DNA of 64,000 nt, taken from assembly GCA_964016885.1 (NCBI GenBank), contig OZ024749.1:3348001-3412000 (forward strand), read 5' to 3'. Made by a program: the position numbers and the translations under genes. Under the pieces are notes generated by a model, which was given only the letters and a program-made list of their open reading frames with translations, was not told the origin of the DNA and made no database searches. This DNA is from Eledone cirrhosa. Taxonomy: Eukaryota. Below, one piece after another: positions 51,858 through 64,000 of this stretch (position 1 is the first letter of the stretch; each line of letters begins with the position of its first letter).

Positions 51858-53620
51858 AGTGAAAGAGAGAATGAACATTAACACATATAAGCTATACAGT
51901 AGGGTTTATTCCAAACATTAACATATGTTTCATTTGCTAGTATGTAATCGAATGCGTCTTAAAATCACTCTCTGCAATGTTGTGGAATTCGATTTTAAAT
52001 GCTTCTCATACCAGGAAAATTATCAAAATCCTGATTTTGTATCTGGTGATACAAGGTATTTATATCGAGGTATACAAACATTAGGATGTAAAACAACAAG
52101 ATGAAAAACAAATGAAATAGAATAAGATAAAATATAATAAATAATATAAACGTAGGGATTTATATGTCAGGTTAGTAATAAAGATAGTGGAGTATGATGT
52201 TAAAAGTGAAGAATAATGATAATAATTGTTTCTACTTTTGGTACAAGGCCAGCAAATACTCTGTGTATTACTGGTACTTTATTTTATCGACCATGTAAGG
52301 ATGAAAAGCAAAGTCAACCTCGGTGGGATTTGAACTCAGACCGTAAAAGGCCGTAACTTTATTTCCCAAAGCATCGCCTCCGTCCCTCAATTGGCACCGC
52401 ACTTATATACTAATAATAATTGTTTCTACTTTCGGCACAAGGCCAGCAATTATACAGTACATTACTGGTACTTTATTTTATCGACCCCGTATGGATGAAA
52501 GGCAAAGTTAACCTCGGCGGGATTTGAACTCAGATCGTAAACGGACGTAACTCTATGCTAGAAAGCACGTCCGACCCTCTACCGATACTGCCAATTCACC
52601 GCCCTTATGTACTAATAATAATAACAACAATAAATTCCTGATACCACGTATGAGGATAAGAGAATTGAAGACTGTTATGTATTGAGATATGATTCGTAGT
52701 TAATGTAGATGTGTCCTTACATTGTCAGCTTCTCTTGCATTGGATTGGTTAAGAGTTCGTTCCTTGCATATGATTGGTTAATAGTACGTCCTTTGATGTC
52801 GTTTGAGGGTAGATTTAGGTGTTTAAGTATTTTGCTTATTTTGTGTTTAATTGCCTTATTGCAGTTAGTGGTAGACACATGGCTATATTTGCAAGGTGAG
52901 GTATGAATGATCTGTAATGTGGTGTAATTTTATGGTTATAAGAAAGATGATTAAAATGTCTATTGGTGCCAAGTTTTCAGATGTTATAAGTATGGGAAAT
53001 TATGTGTTAAAAACCTAAATCTACCCTCAAACGACATCAAAGGACGTATATTAACCAATCAAATGCAAGGAACGAACTCTTAAACAAACAGATGCAAGGT
53101 AAGCTGACAATCTAAGGAGCCACCCACATTAAATACGAATTCTATCTCGATACACAACTCTATTCAATTCTCTTATCCTCACATATGGTATCAGTCCAAA
53201 TCCCGCCGAGGTTAACTTTGCCTTTCATTCTTACAGGGTCGAAAAAATAAAGTACCAGTAATACACTGGGGGGAATTGCTGGCCTTGTGCCAAAAGTAGA
53301 AACAATTATTATTATCATTCTTCACTTTTACCATCATACTCCATTATCTTTACTACCACCCGGACATATAAAACCCTACGTTTATATTATTTATTTTAAT
53401 TTATTCTATTTTATTTTGTTTCTCATCTTGTTGTTTTACATCTTAATGTCTCTATAACTCAATATAAATACCTTATATCACCAGATCGAAAGTCAGTGTG
53501 TTGATAATTTACTTGGTATGAGTGAATTTCACAATAACATTGCTGATAGCGACTTTAAAACGCATCCTATCATTTAGCCAATGAAACATATGTCAATCCT
53601 TGTTAATCTTCATTCTTTCA
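51858..53620. repeat. Large diverged inverted duplication (51858-52826 / 53007-53620), Penelope pLTR-like, containing SINEs
   Basis: For example, ctttgatgtcgtttgagggtagatttagg pairs with cctaaatctaccctcaaacgacatcaaag. SINEs lie at 52225-52603 (-) and 53196-53310 (+). Confidence 0.85.
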
Positions 53621-54016
53621 TTATTAATACTCCAGGAACTGCTTACCAGGCAGATGTCCGAAATTGATCATCCGTACGCCACAACTAAGGAGACATCTTA
53701 TTGAGTCAACCAACGCCACACGTTCAAATCCTTCACGTTACATAATACTTGTAACCTTTACTGGGATTACCTTCAATGATACTTCGTTTACTTCGATACT
53801 ATATTCTTTCCCTCCTAGCCTTTTAATTGAGAAAAGGCCTTGGGCACACCGCTGATCGCTTATAGATGTCATATATTTAAGCGCCTAAATATCTTCATCT
53901 CGATTCTTACAGCTGATGAAGGATTCGTTTCTTCGTTTCTTTTCTTCCCTTGTTTCCTCCATACTACGATCTTAAACCTCGTTTATAGTAACCACACAAC
54001 TCCTTTCGTTTCTTAT

Positions 54017-54110
<94 letters not shown>

Positions 54111-54115
<5 letters not shown>

Positions 54116-54230
54116 AACAAGTAAGACCCCTGGGGTCTTACTTGTTCCTATTACCCACTCTACTACCCTAAGTATTGAGTACTTTCGTGCGTTATGGTCC
54201 ACGTGGTTCCTTACCACATTTCCTTCGCTA
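54111..54230 (+). mobile_element. Short (TA)n-inserted element with a perfect 41-bp 5' hairpin (23895 family)
   Basis: ataggaacaagtaagacccc-t-ggggtcttacttgttcctat. Confidence 0.85.
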
Positions 54231-54691
54231 TATATATATATATATATATGCACGCTCATTCACAGACAATCATTCGCCCAGTTTACCCACCAGCTTACAT
54301 AATTTCTCAAATGTATTATAGCAGTAATAGTTGTCTTTTCTATTAATTCATGAAGTTAATCAGAATGACATTTAAACAATTTGCAACATAAAAGTCATTA
54401 CGTTTGCTCTTACGAACGATCTTATTTAGAGTAACAGGACTTATTAAGATTCATTTCTTATTTTTCCTATTAGTATACAATATATATTTATATTCAGTTT
54501 GTTTAGCTCAACTTATCATATCACTGATTTTAGACGATTAATTTCTTTTGTGATTCTTTTCATTATAATTTGGTTTGATTAACAAAGAAACATTAATATC
54601 GCCTTAATTAGTCGTCATTAAGAAAATGGTTTTTTTACGATGCTTTTACATTTTATCATTACTTGCTACCTTAAAGATATTACCATTACCT

Positions 54692-55578
<887 letters not shown>

Positions 55579-56167
55579 GGCTTTCTCCTCATAGACCTGT
55601 ATGCATATGAACACACCCACACTCACATATTTATGTATATATATGTGGGGAAAGTGTCTTTAATTACAATGAACTATTCTGTATGCGTGATCATATTTCA
55701 TATTCTCCCATTAATTGCTTAATTATGCACATTTATCTAAAGGCATCTTTAAACATTATCAAGTCAGGTGAGAGGAAAAATACAATATTTGCAAAAAGCA
55801 TGAAATATAAAAATAGCTATTATTTCGTAAAAATAAAAGCAAAAATAATAATCTGAAACACCAAATGTTAGATGTATTTCTTGAACATTAGCCAAAAAAT
55901 AAATCTACATCAATTATATGCGTAATTAATTACTGGAATATATTAATTAAACACAAAGCATTATTCTTCAATCTGATCCTAGCTTTCCTGGTATGTGAGA
56001 ATAATTGGTTCAAATTCCTCGTATATCTGTTCTTATATATAACAATATTTATGCATAGCAGAATGTCACTGACGCTGGGCTATGAATGTGGCCAAAGGCA
56101 GGCTTTTATAGAAGATTAGAGAAACACAAATCAAACATTAATTTTATAAACAACAATAATATATATT

Positions 56168-56348
56168 CAGATCTGTCAACTTTCCCGTCCGACGGGGAGA
56201 TTTAAAATATCCTTTGGTGTGGGTGAGCGATGACATCTCATGTGAAAATGGGGTAGCTTTCATTATGTAAAATCTCCCCATTTTGCCTGTTTTCTCCCTG
56301 TTTTGGGGAACGTTTCATGTTTGGATTTTTACAGTATTGGTATGTTCT
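56168..56348. mobile_element. MITE family, copy 4 (opposite orientation)
   Basis: cagatctgtcaac...agctttcattatgtaaaatctcccca...ttggtatgttctg. Confidence 0.65.
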
Positions 56349-57012
56349 GGTAAACTTGATTGATTTTGAAAATGCATTAATCCTATAATTCTCATTATAT
56401 TTGCAACCTGTCAACCATTATATTTTTTTGTATCTTTAAACATCACTGCGGCAGAGAAACACTGGGTTTAATTAATGAATGGCATTCTCTAAGGATGAAC
56501 ATATCCCTGCCGCAACTTTACAACACCCACCTCCGCCACCACTTCTAACAGCCCACAAAGCTGGCTTCAAGCGTGATTCGACGATAATCTGCTATTGCTA
56601 TAACACCAAATTAGCAGTCTCTGCTGGTATCGGTCCACTATTTTATATTTTATATCTTCTATAGTTTTTACCATCTCCTCCCTTCTATTCTATGCTTGGA
56701 TTCAACGTAATCCTGTTAAATAAATCTGCAAATAACACCTGATGAGTCATAATCCCATGATAGAGCTGGTCTGTCAACATGTGTGTAGGGATTTCGTGCA
56801 ATTAAAATTCTAAAGTAAATATTTCAGACCTGCCTGCTGTTGTTGTTTTAATGAATCTGTTTACTCCGTCCCTACACCAACCACTGGATACCACATCTTG
56901 GATGGATGATTTACATAGCGTTGAGTGGTTTAAATCATTTGTTGCATCTTCGTTTACCAGCCTGAACCCCTGGACCTACCCGTTGGTAAACAGCCTAAAA
57001 TAAATGGTATAT

Positions 57013-57055
<43 letters not shown>

Positions 57056-57062
57056 TATGCAT

Positions 57063-57101
<39 letters not shown>

Positions 57102-57122
57102 ATATATATATGTTTATATAGA

Positions 57123-57285
57123 TAAATTTCTTTATTAGCCACAAGGGCACAAAAGAAGGGGACAAATACAAATGAGGAGTTTGCATACAGGTATATGAAA
57201 ATAAAACTATTAATACAATAACAAATAACAATTAAAATCCCCAATAGTTCCTCAGTGAAATAACAACCCAACCAGGAACTGAGCA
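57123..57285 (-). mobile_element. Tx1-like LINE 3' UTR fragment
   Basis: atttctttattagccacaagggc is the reverse complement of the 6380-6403 end. Confidence 0.75.
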
Positions 57286-57352
57286 TATCAGAGTATTGAC
57301 AAAATTATACACCTCAACAACATATGTACTTGTCTATACCACACTAATTCAG

Positions 57353-57407
57353 ACTGCCTGAAGAGCTCACATCCAAAGATGCCTATCACCGAAATATAGA
57401 TAGCAGT
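57353..57407 (+). ncRNA. Partly decayed type I hammerhead ribozyme
   Basis: ACUGC CUGAAGA g...cauc-caaa-gaug...c GAAA UAUAG AUA GCAGU. Stem II is imperfect. Confidence 0.55.
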
Positions 57408-57634
57408 AATAAACGAAGCTAAATTTTAAACATTTGACTTATTTATTTTGCTTTATTTTATATATATATGCGAAAGTATGAAAGTACTTGTTCAATTAAC
57501 AGTTATCATTTATTATTCTACCATACTATTTCATTATAATATCATTATAATTTTAATGATATTATATAAAACGAGTAAATCAGGCTAAGTTAGAATTTAT
57601 TTTATTAATATAATCTCCTATACACACACACGCA

Positions 57635-57682
<48 letters not shown>

Positions 57683-57801
57683 CATATATGTATATACATT
57701 TATATTATATATATATACAATATATATGTATATATATTTATACAAATATATATATATATATATAGGACATACATATATATAAGACATTTATGTATATATA
57801 T

Positions 57802-58672
57802 ATAACTTTGAATAACTTTGAAATGTTTTGGCCAGTATTGGCCCAGACCATGTCTAACTTAATAGCACCACCTGGCGAAGTCTTTCAATTCAGGATTTGG
57901 GCACCATGGCCCATTCGAGAAGAGAATTACTGTTTGCGGAGACATATCCGGGTGTGGGTGGTTTGTCCGGGATTACTTGGAGGAATTTGTCCAAAGACTT
58001 CTTGAATTTTGTGTGGTTAGTTTCTGTTTTGACGTGTCCTGGTGTGATGTTGAAGAGAGCAGGGCCGATTGAGGTGAAATAATTGTGCCGTATTGTTGTT
58101 ATGAGTTGCGATTTAGATTTTTGAATGGGACGGATAGCACGGGGCCCAAGCCTTGGGTGTATCTTGAAGGCGATGCCAACATCATTTGGGCAGTGATGAT
58201 GGAACATTTTCCACATCATGCAGATAATATAACGCTCACGGCGACGTTGGAGTGAGTAAAGTTTCAGGTTTTCTAATCGACCCCAGTAGTCAAGGTCTGA
58301 CATGCCATCTATCTTTTTCGTGATTGCCCTTTGAGGAGCTTCAAGTTTCATGATACTTTGTTTCGTGTGGGGAGACCACAGTGGACAACAGTATTCAAGG
58401 TGTGGTCGGGCAAAAGTAGAGAAGAGAAGGATAATGGTGCGGGAATCTCTCGACTGGAAGGTTCTGAGGATCCAGGAACACATTCTGCGGGCCATGTCAA
58501 CTTTGCTGCTTATATGCGTGGTCCAGCTTATGTTGCTGTCCACGGTTACTCCCAAGTCTCTGATGTTGTTAGATGCCACGAGAGTTTCCCCGGAGGGAAG
58601 GGAGTACGGGAGTTTCAGAGCATCCTCTTTTCCAAAGTGGATCAGTTCGAATTTGTCTTCGTTCAGTAACAT
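57802..58672 (-). mobile_element. 5'-truncated CR1-like LINE (third copy)
   Basis: ORF 57890-58672 differs by about one residue from the matching part of 17549-18511, and it has the same 3' junction in (TA)n. Confidence 0.93.
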
Positions 58673-58689
58673 ATATATATGATATATAT

Positions 58690-58737
<48 letters not shown>

Positions 58738-58813
58738 CATATATATATATATATATATATATAGGACATACATATATATAATACATTTATGTATATATAT
58801 ATATGATATATAT

Positions 58814-58942
<129 letters not shown>

Positions 58943-59360
58943 CATATAAATATATATGTATATATATATAATAACTAGAGGTTGATTAACATATAAAAAT
59001 ACATGAATAATTACAGGAGATAATTCAAGCCTGCGTGTAACCGCGCATTGCAAGTTTAGGCAATATTTACCTTTAAAAGTGATTAACATTCCTTGTATAT
59101 ATCCCATTAAAGAAATATATTTCACCAATTAATTAGATGGTAAGTCACGGAAGTGGATATTATTGGATTGTCAACAAGGACTTGATAATAAATCCAGCTA
59201 TTCGAGCTTACAGGGCGAGATCAAATCTTCAACTATCCGTTACCACGTGTTGCGTCCACACAAGATAGCGGTTTCATATATATATATATATACTACGTAT
59301 ATGTATGTGTGTGTGTGTGTGTATATACATATCATATATATATATATTCGACATATATAT

Positions 59361-60317
59361 ACTAGACATGAAAAATGCGCAAGCTCAAAAGTGCCACAGA
59401 ATGTTATAATAAACCTTCAAAAGTGTGGGACTAGAGTTGTTGCTAAAAAATATTGTAATCATTATATATCGTACATTCTGTGGCATCCTTTATAAAAATA
59501 GCTTAAACCAACGAAGCCTTTATTTTTACGCTATTTCACTTAGTTAATTCTTAGAGTGTAACATATAAAAATATGATTTACAACTATAAAATAAATTAAT
59601 TAATATAATAACAGAGCTGCGGAGCTGAAATTTAGGAAATAATGGAGTATCGGATCCTGAGTTGGAGCCAGTCAATTTTTAGCCGACTCCGCAGCCCTGT
59701 ATAATACATTTCATATTAAAGTTATTAATAAACCTATTTTACACTGCATGCAAATTACCATGAGATGTTGATATTAGATATAAGATACAGCGCAATATCT
59801 ACAGCTGTAAAAGTACGAAAGCGAAGTAATAATAAGTGGCTTAAGGTAATTCAAATATGAAAGTTTGCAGTGATAACAATTTGATAATGCAATACGATTG
59901 TTAATATTATAGTTCTATGAAAATGTAACAATAGATAACTAAATTATTTTACTATTAGTATATTTAAGAAATTATCATTATAGATTTGATCGTTCATATA
60001 AGCATCATATTAATTTTCAACACAATTATTTTGTTACTATGAGTATATGATAATAATATTACGTAATTATTTATAGCTGTTATTACATTAAACATAGATG
60101 TATTTATTTTTATATGTTACACTCTAAGAATTAACTAAGTGAAATAGCGTAAAAATAAAGGCTTCGTTGGTTTAAGCTATTTTTATAAAGGATGCCACAG
60201 AATGTACGATATATAATGATTACAATATTTTTTAGCAACAACTCTAGTCCCACACTTTTGAAGGTTTATTATAACATTCTGTGGCACTTTTGAGCTTGCG
60301 CATTTTTCATGTCTAGT
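59361..60317. mobile_element. Foldback element with 213-bp inverted arms
   Basis: 59361-59573 and 60105-60317 are reverse complements with no mismatch seen by eye. The interior is non-coding. Confidence 0.85.
59612..59699. mobile_element. Small hAT-like MITE
   Basis: TIR cagagctgcggag/ctccgcagccctg, with a near-perfect 8-bp TSD tataataa/tataatac. Confidence 0.75.
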
Positions 60318-60867
60318 TTAATATTTTTTTAAGGCAACGCTTGTAATAACTCTAGTTAAACAGGATATATATTAATAATAAATTATCGTTGTAATGTAAT
60401 TAGATTATGTAATTGTTATTATAAATTATCTTATAAATATTAGTGTAAGATGTATAAAAATATTTTCAGACTTTTAATATAAACAACTACAAAAAGCAAT
60501 CAATATTAAATCAATATATTATACATAATAGAAGACATAAAATAAACAATACAAATACAAAATATTTACATACAATTGCAATTATCAGTGTATATACATT
60601 TTCTTTATATTCCCTGAGCAAATTAATAAGATTTGTTTTTATTGTACATAATTTGATGACTTGTTGGTGTGTATTAAAAGATAGCAACAATTTGTGATTA
60701 AATTGTTATCTTAAGCAACTCACTTTTTAATAGTTGTTGGCTGAGCGAAATTGTAAAAGCCTATGAGCAAATATAAAAAAAAATACACAAACAACATTTC
60801 CTTGTGTTATTACAACATTAGATAAAATAATTGAGCAATGTCGTTATATTTTGCTCTTATTGCACAT

Positions 60868-61040
60868 TAATAGTGTTTCTATTTTTCGGCACAAATCCAT
60901 TACGGCAGTCCATTACTGGTACTTTATTTTATCGAATTAGTAAGTATGAAAGTCGAAGTTAACCTCGGCAGGATTTGAACTTAGAATGCAAAGGACCATA
61001 ACAATACTGCAAAGCATGGTGTCTGACGCTCTACCAATAC
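60868..61040 (-). mobile_element. Meta-core SINE (further fragment at 61970-62020)
   Basis: Core motif and B box. Confidence 0.8.
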
Positions 61041-61540
61041 TTGTGTTGAGCTGGTCATTAATTTATGGTGGTCGTGCGTGGAGTAGAGCAATCGCTAGTT
61101 GAAATATTATGAACAAAATATTTTTATTTGCCGAAGAACATATTTTCAATACTGTTTGTGAATGTGACGAAGGAAATACATTCTGATATGGAACAGTGTA
61201 CAAAGTGTGTCTGTGAATAACATAATGTTACCTCATGTTGTTGTCAAGACATAATGGATTTCGTATATCCAGTTAGAAGATGAAACCTAGCCATCTCGGA
61301 TTAGTTATATTTCATGCCATGTGTAAACGTGTTTGAGGATAGCAAAATATGCGTGTTTCTTGTCTGGAAACTTTCTGCTAAACAAATTTGTTTCAGTATA
61401 TATTTAATATAATATTAATATATTTTGTAATATTATTAACTAATTATTATAATTAGCGCTTCAGGCTTTGTCTATATACTGAAACAAATTTGTAAGTCAT
61501 TACCTAATTAAACTCTTTGCTTGAAATTTTATCATTCTTC

Positions 61541-61603
<63 letters not shown>

Positions 61604-62677
61604 TTTATCTAGTCCTTCGCTCAAGATTAATCTATAAGTTCAGATGTCTGCTTTCGTTTAAGTAAATATTACAGTAAGATTTTTAATATAAACAACTACA
61701 AAAAACAATTAATATTAAAACGAAAAAATTATCAATGATAAAAGAAGCGGATGCAACTTTTTTTTTTATAAAGTTATATTCCTGTTTCTTTGAAGAACAT
61801 TTCATTTTTGTTCTATTGTAGGCGAAATAATGCAATGGTTTAATAGGGAAGATATAACTTACCAATTATGTCTCTAACCGTGTAACGCTTTTTAAGTAGA
61901 TAACTACAATTGAAAATACTAAAGAAATGGAACCAACAATTCAATTTGAAAGTCGTCTACTTATAGTGACAGTGTATTACTGGTACTTTATTTTATCGAC
62001 CCCGTAACGATGAAATGCAAATGCTTAAAATTTAAATTGCCTTAATTCTATCGTCTGCTGTTTCATTAAAGGGAGATTCTCGTCTGTATTTAATTCTATC
62101 GTCTACTGTTCCACTAAACAGATATACCTCCACTATCGTCTCGATTTATACATTTTAACTTATAACTTATACACATTTGATTTGAAATATTTTATCTAGT
62201 CCCCCCTCTCAATATTATGATGATTTCTTTCGAATGAAACAGTTCTAGTCCTGTAGAAGCCATTTATATATATAATTGAACTGAGTTAAAAATTCACAAT
62301 ATTTATAATTAAATAAGCTCATATATATATGTGTGTATTTATCTGTTTATTGTATTATATATAATGTGTGTATATACAGGATGTCCCCCAAAAATATATA
62401 CACACTTCAACAGCATTCTAATAACTATTGCCTGTACAGGTAATCAAAGTGTCAATCGAATGTTAGTTTCGTGTTTTAACAGTACAAATTTACAATACAC
62501 ACATAACACACATAAAACCAGTGTATATACATACATGAGTGTGTATAAACATACATGAATGTGTATATACAATATATATGTATATATATATAGACACATA
62601 TATTCACGGTGCAACGGAACATTAAAATATAGATGCGGGAGGGGGGGGGGTGTATATATAGGGGCGCTGGGGATAAA

Positions 62678-62942
62678 GGAGTGTAAAGCGTGTGTAATTG
62701 ATATATTGAAGGAGAGGAGCGTGCAGCGATAGAGTAACAAATATATAGAGAGGGGGAGAGATGGTATTGAAGGGGAGGAGTGCAAAGCGAAAGAGTAAGA
62801 GAGATATATATAAAGACGGAACAGATAGAGAGAAACAGGCGTAAGTAACAGTGGAAGAGATATATAGAGAGGGGGAAATGTGTTATTGAAGGGGAGGAGT
62901 GTAAAGCGAAAGCGTAAGATATATATAGAGAGAGGGGGAATA
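62678..62942. repeat. Degenerate purine-rich ~60-bp minisatellite
   Basis: Recurring tattgaaggggaggagtg.aaagcgaaag.gtaa and tatatagagaggggg. Confidence 0.7.
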
Positions 62943-62943
62943 G

Positions 62944-62974
<31 letters not shown>

Positions 62975-63140
62975 ACACTTACTCTGATTGGTTGAAAATT
63001 AGCCAATGACATACGATCACCACCACCACGGCTATCCCCGAAAAATTTATGAAGAAGCTAGGCATATATGTTAGAACACGAAAAGTGAACATTCTGTTGT
63101 TTCACACTTTTCGTGTTCTAACAGATATATATATATATGT

Positions 63141-63582
63141 ATATACGATATTAACAAATGGAAACTATATTTATAAAACCATATTTATTTTATTATACAT
63201 ATTTCAAGGATACCATGTTAAATTATGTTATGCCTTCATCAGACAAAATACACTATATACCAGTTTTATAAATAGACATTGACGTACCCTTTCAAAATGC
63301 AACCGTTACTTTTGGAAGACATCTTACAAAAGTAACGTTTGCATTTTGAAAGGGTACGTCAATGTCTATTTATAAAACTGGTATATATTGTATTTTGTCT
63401 GATGAAGGCATACCATAATTTAACATGGTATCCTTGAAATATGTATAATAAAATAAATATGGTTTAATAAATATAGTTTCCATTTGTCAATATCGTATAT
63501 TTACTCCAAATACTTGTCGAGTGCTTTATATCAGTTATAAAAATATTTGCTTGTTGTATCCCAACAATTTAAATAGAACTTT

Positions 63583-63585
<3 letters not shown>
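63141..63585 (+). mobile_element. Penelope pLTR-like insertion forming a 360-bp near-perfect palindrome
   Basis: Arms 63141-63319 and 63322-63500, with (TA)n on both sides. Confidence 0.88.
63391..63455 (+). ncRNA. Type I hammerhead ribozyme (mirror copy at 63186-63250, minus strand)
   Basis: UAUUUUGU CUGAUGA AGGcAUACCA-loop-UGGUAUcCUU GAAA UAUGU AUA AUAAAAUA. Confidence 0.8.
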
Positions 63586-63660
<75 letters not shown>

Positions 63661-63661
63661 C

Positions 63662-63720
<59 letters not shown>

Positions 63721-63721
63721 C

Positions 63722-63786
<65 letters not shown>

Positions 63787-63792
63787 TTTATA

Positions 63793-63850
<58 letters not shown>

Positions 63851-64000
63851 GGGGTGGGGTGTATGTGTAATCAAACGGTGTATCTCTTAACTTGAAATGC
63901 TTATGGGTTACTTCTATTTGTATGTGCAGAACCTACAAAATATTACATCATGGAATTTATTTCGAACATTTGCTTGAAGGTATATATTATGCAAGTTTCT

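Noticed and set aside
53913-53960. CTGATGA motif
   Set aside because: No downstream GAAA half. At best a deleted remnant.
62374-62410. Tc1/mariner-like terminus tacaggatgtccc
   Set aside because: No matching second TIR or transposase was found.

Overview
AT-rich eukaryotic intergenic or intronic DNA with no recognisable host gene. The repeat families suggest an octopus or related cephalopod (inference). About a quarter of the window is (TA)n-based microsatellite, which generates all the long Ile/Tyr 'ORFs' (artefacts). Embedded in or next to these arrays are: (1) decayed Tx1/L1-clade LINEs; (2) three young, near-identical CR1-like LINE copies; (3) RTE and R4/Dong-like LINE 3' ends; (4) about 15 tRNA-derived SINEs with a Meta/Sauria-like core; (5) a probable non-autonomous Helitron; (6) MITEs; (7) Penelope-like (Naiad-type GIY-YIG) fragments. 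The most interesting signal is a set of several distinct non-coding units carrying minimal type I hammerhead ribozymes, arranged as tandem-plus-inverted copies in (TA)n. Two of them (466 and 423 bp monomers) share an octamer...TATA...hammerhead layout resembling an snRNA-type promoter. A third unit (271 bp) has the same insertion geometry but carries a stem-clamped tRNA-like cloverleaf instead of a hammerhead. All structures were paired by eye; no searches or folding programs were run.
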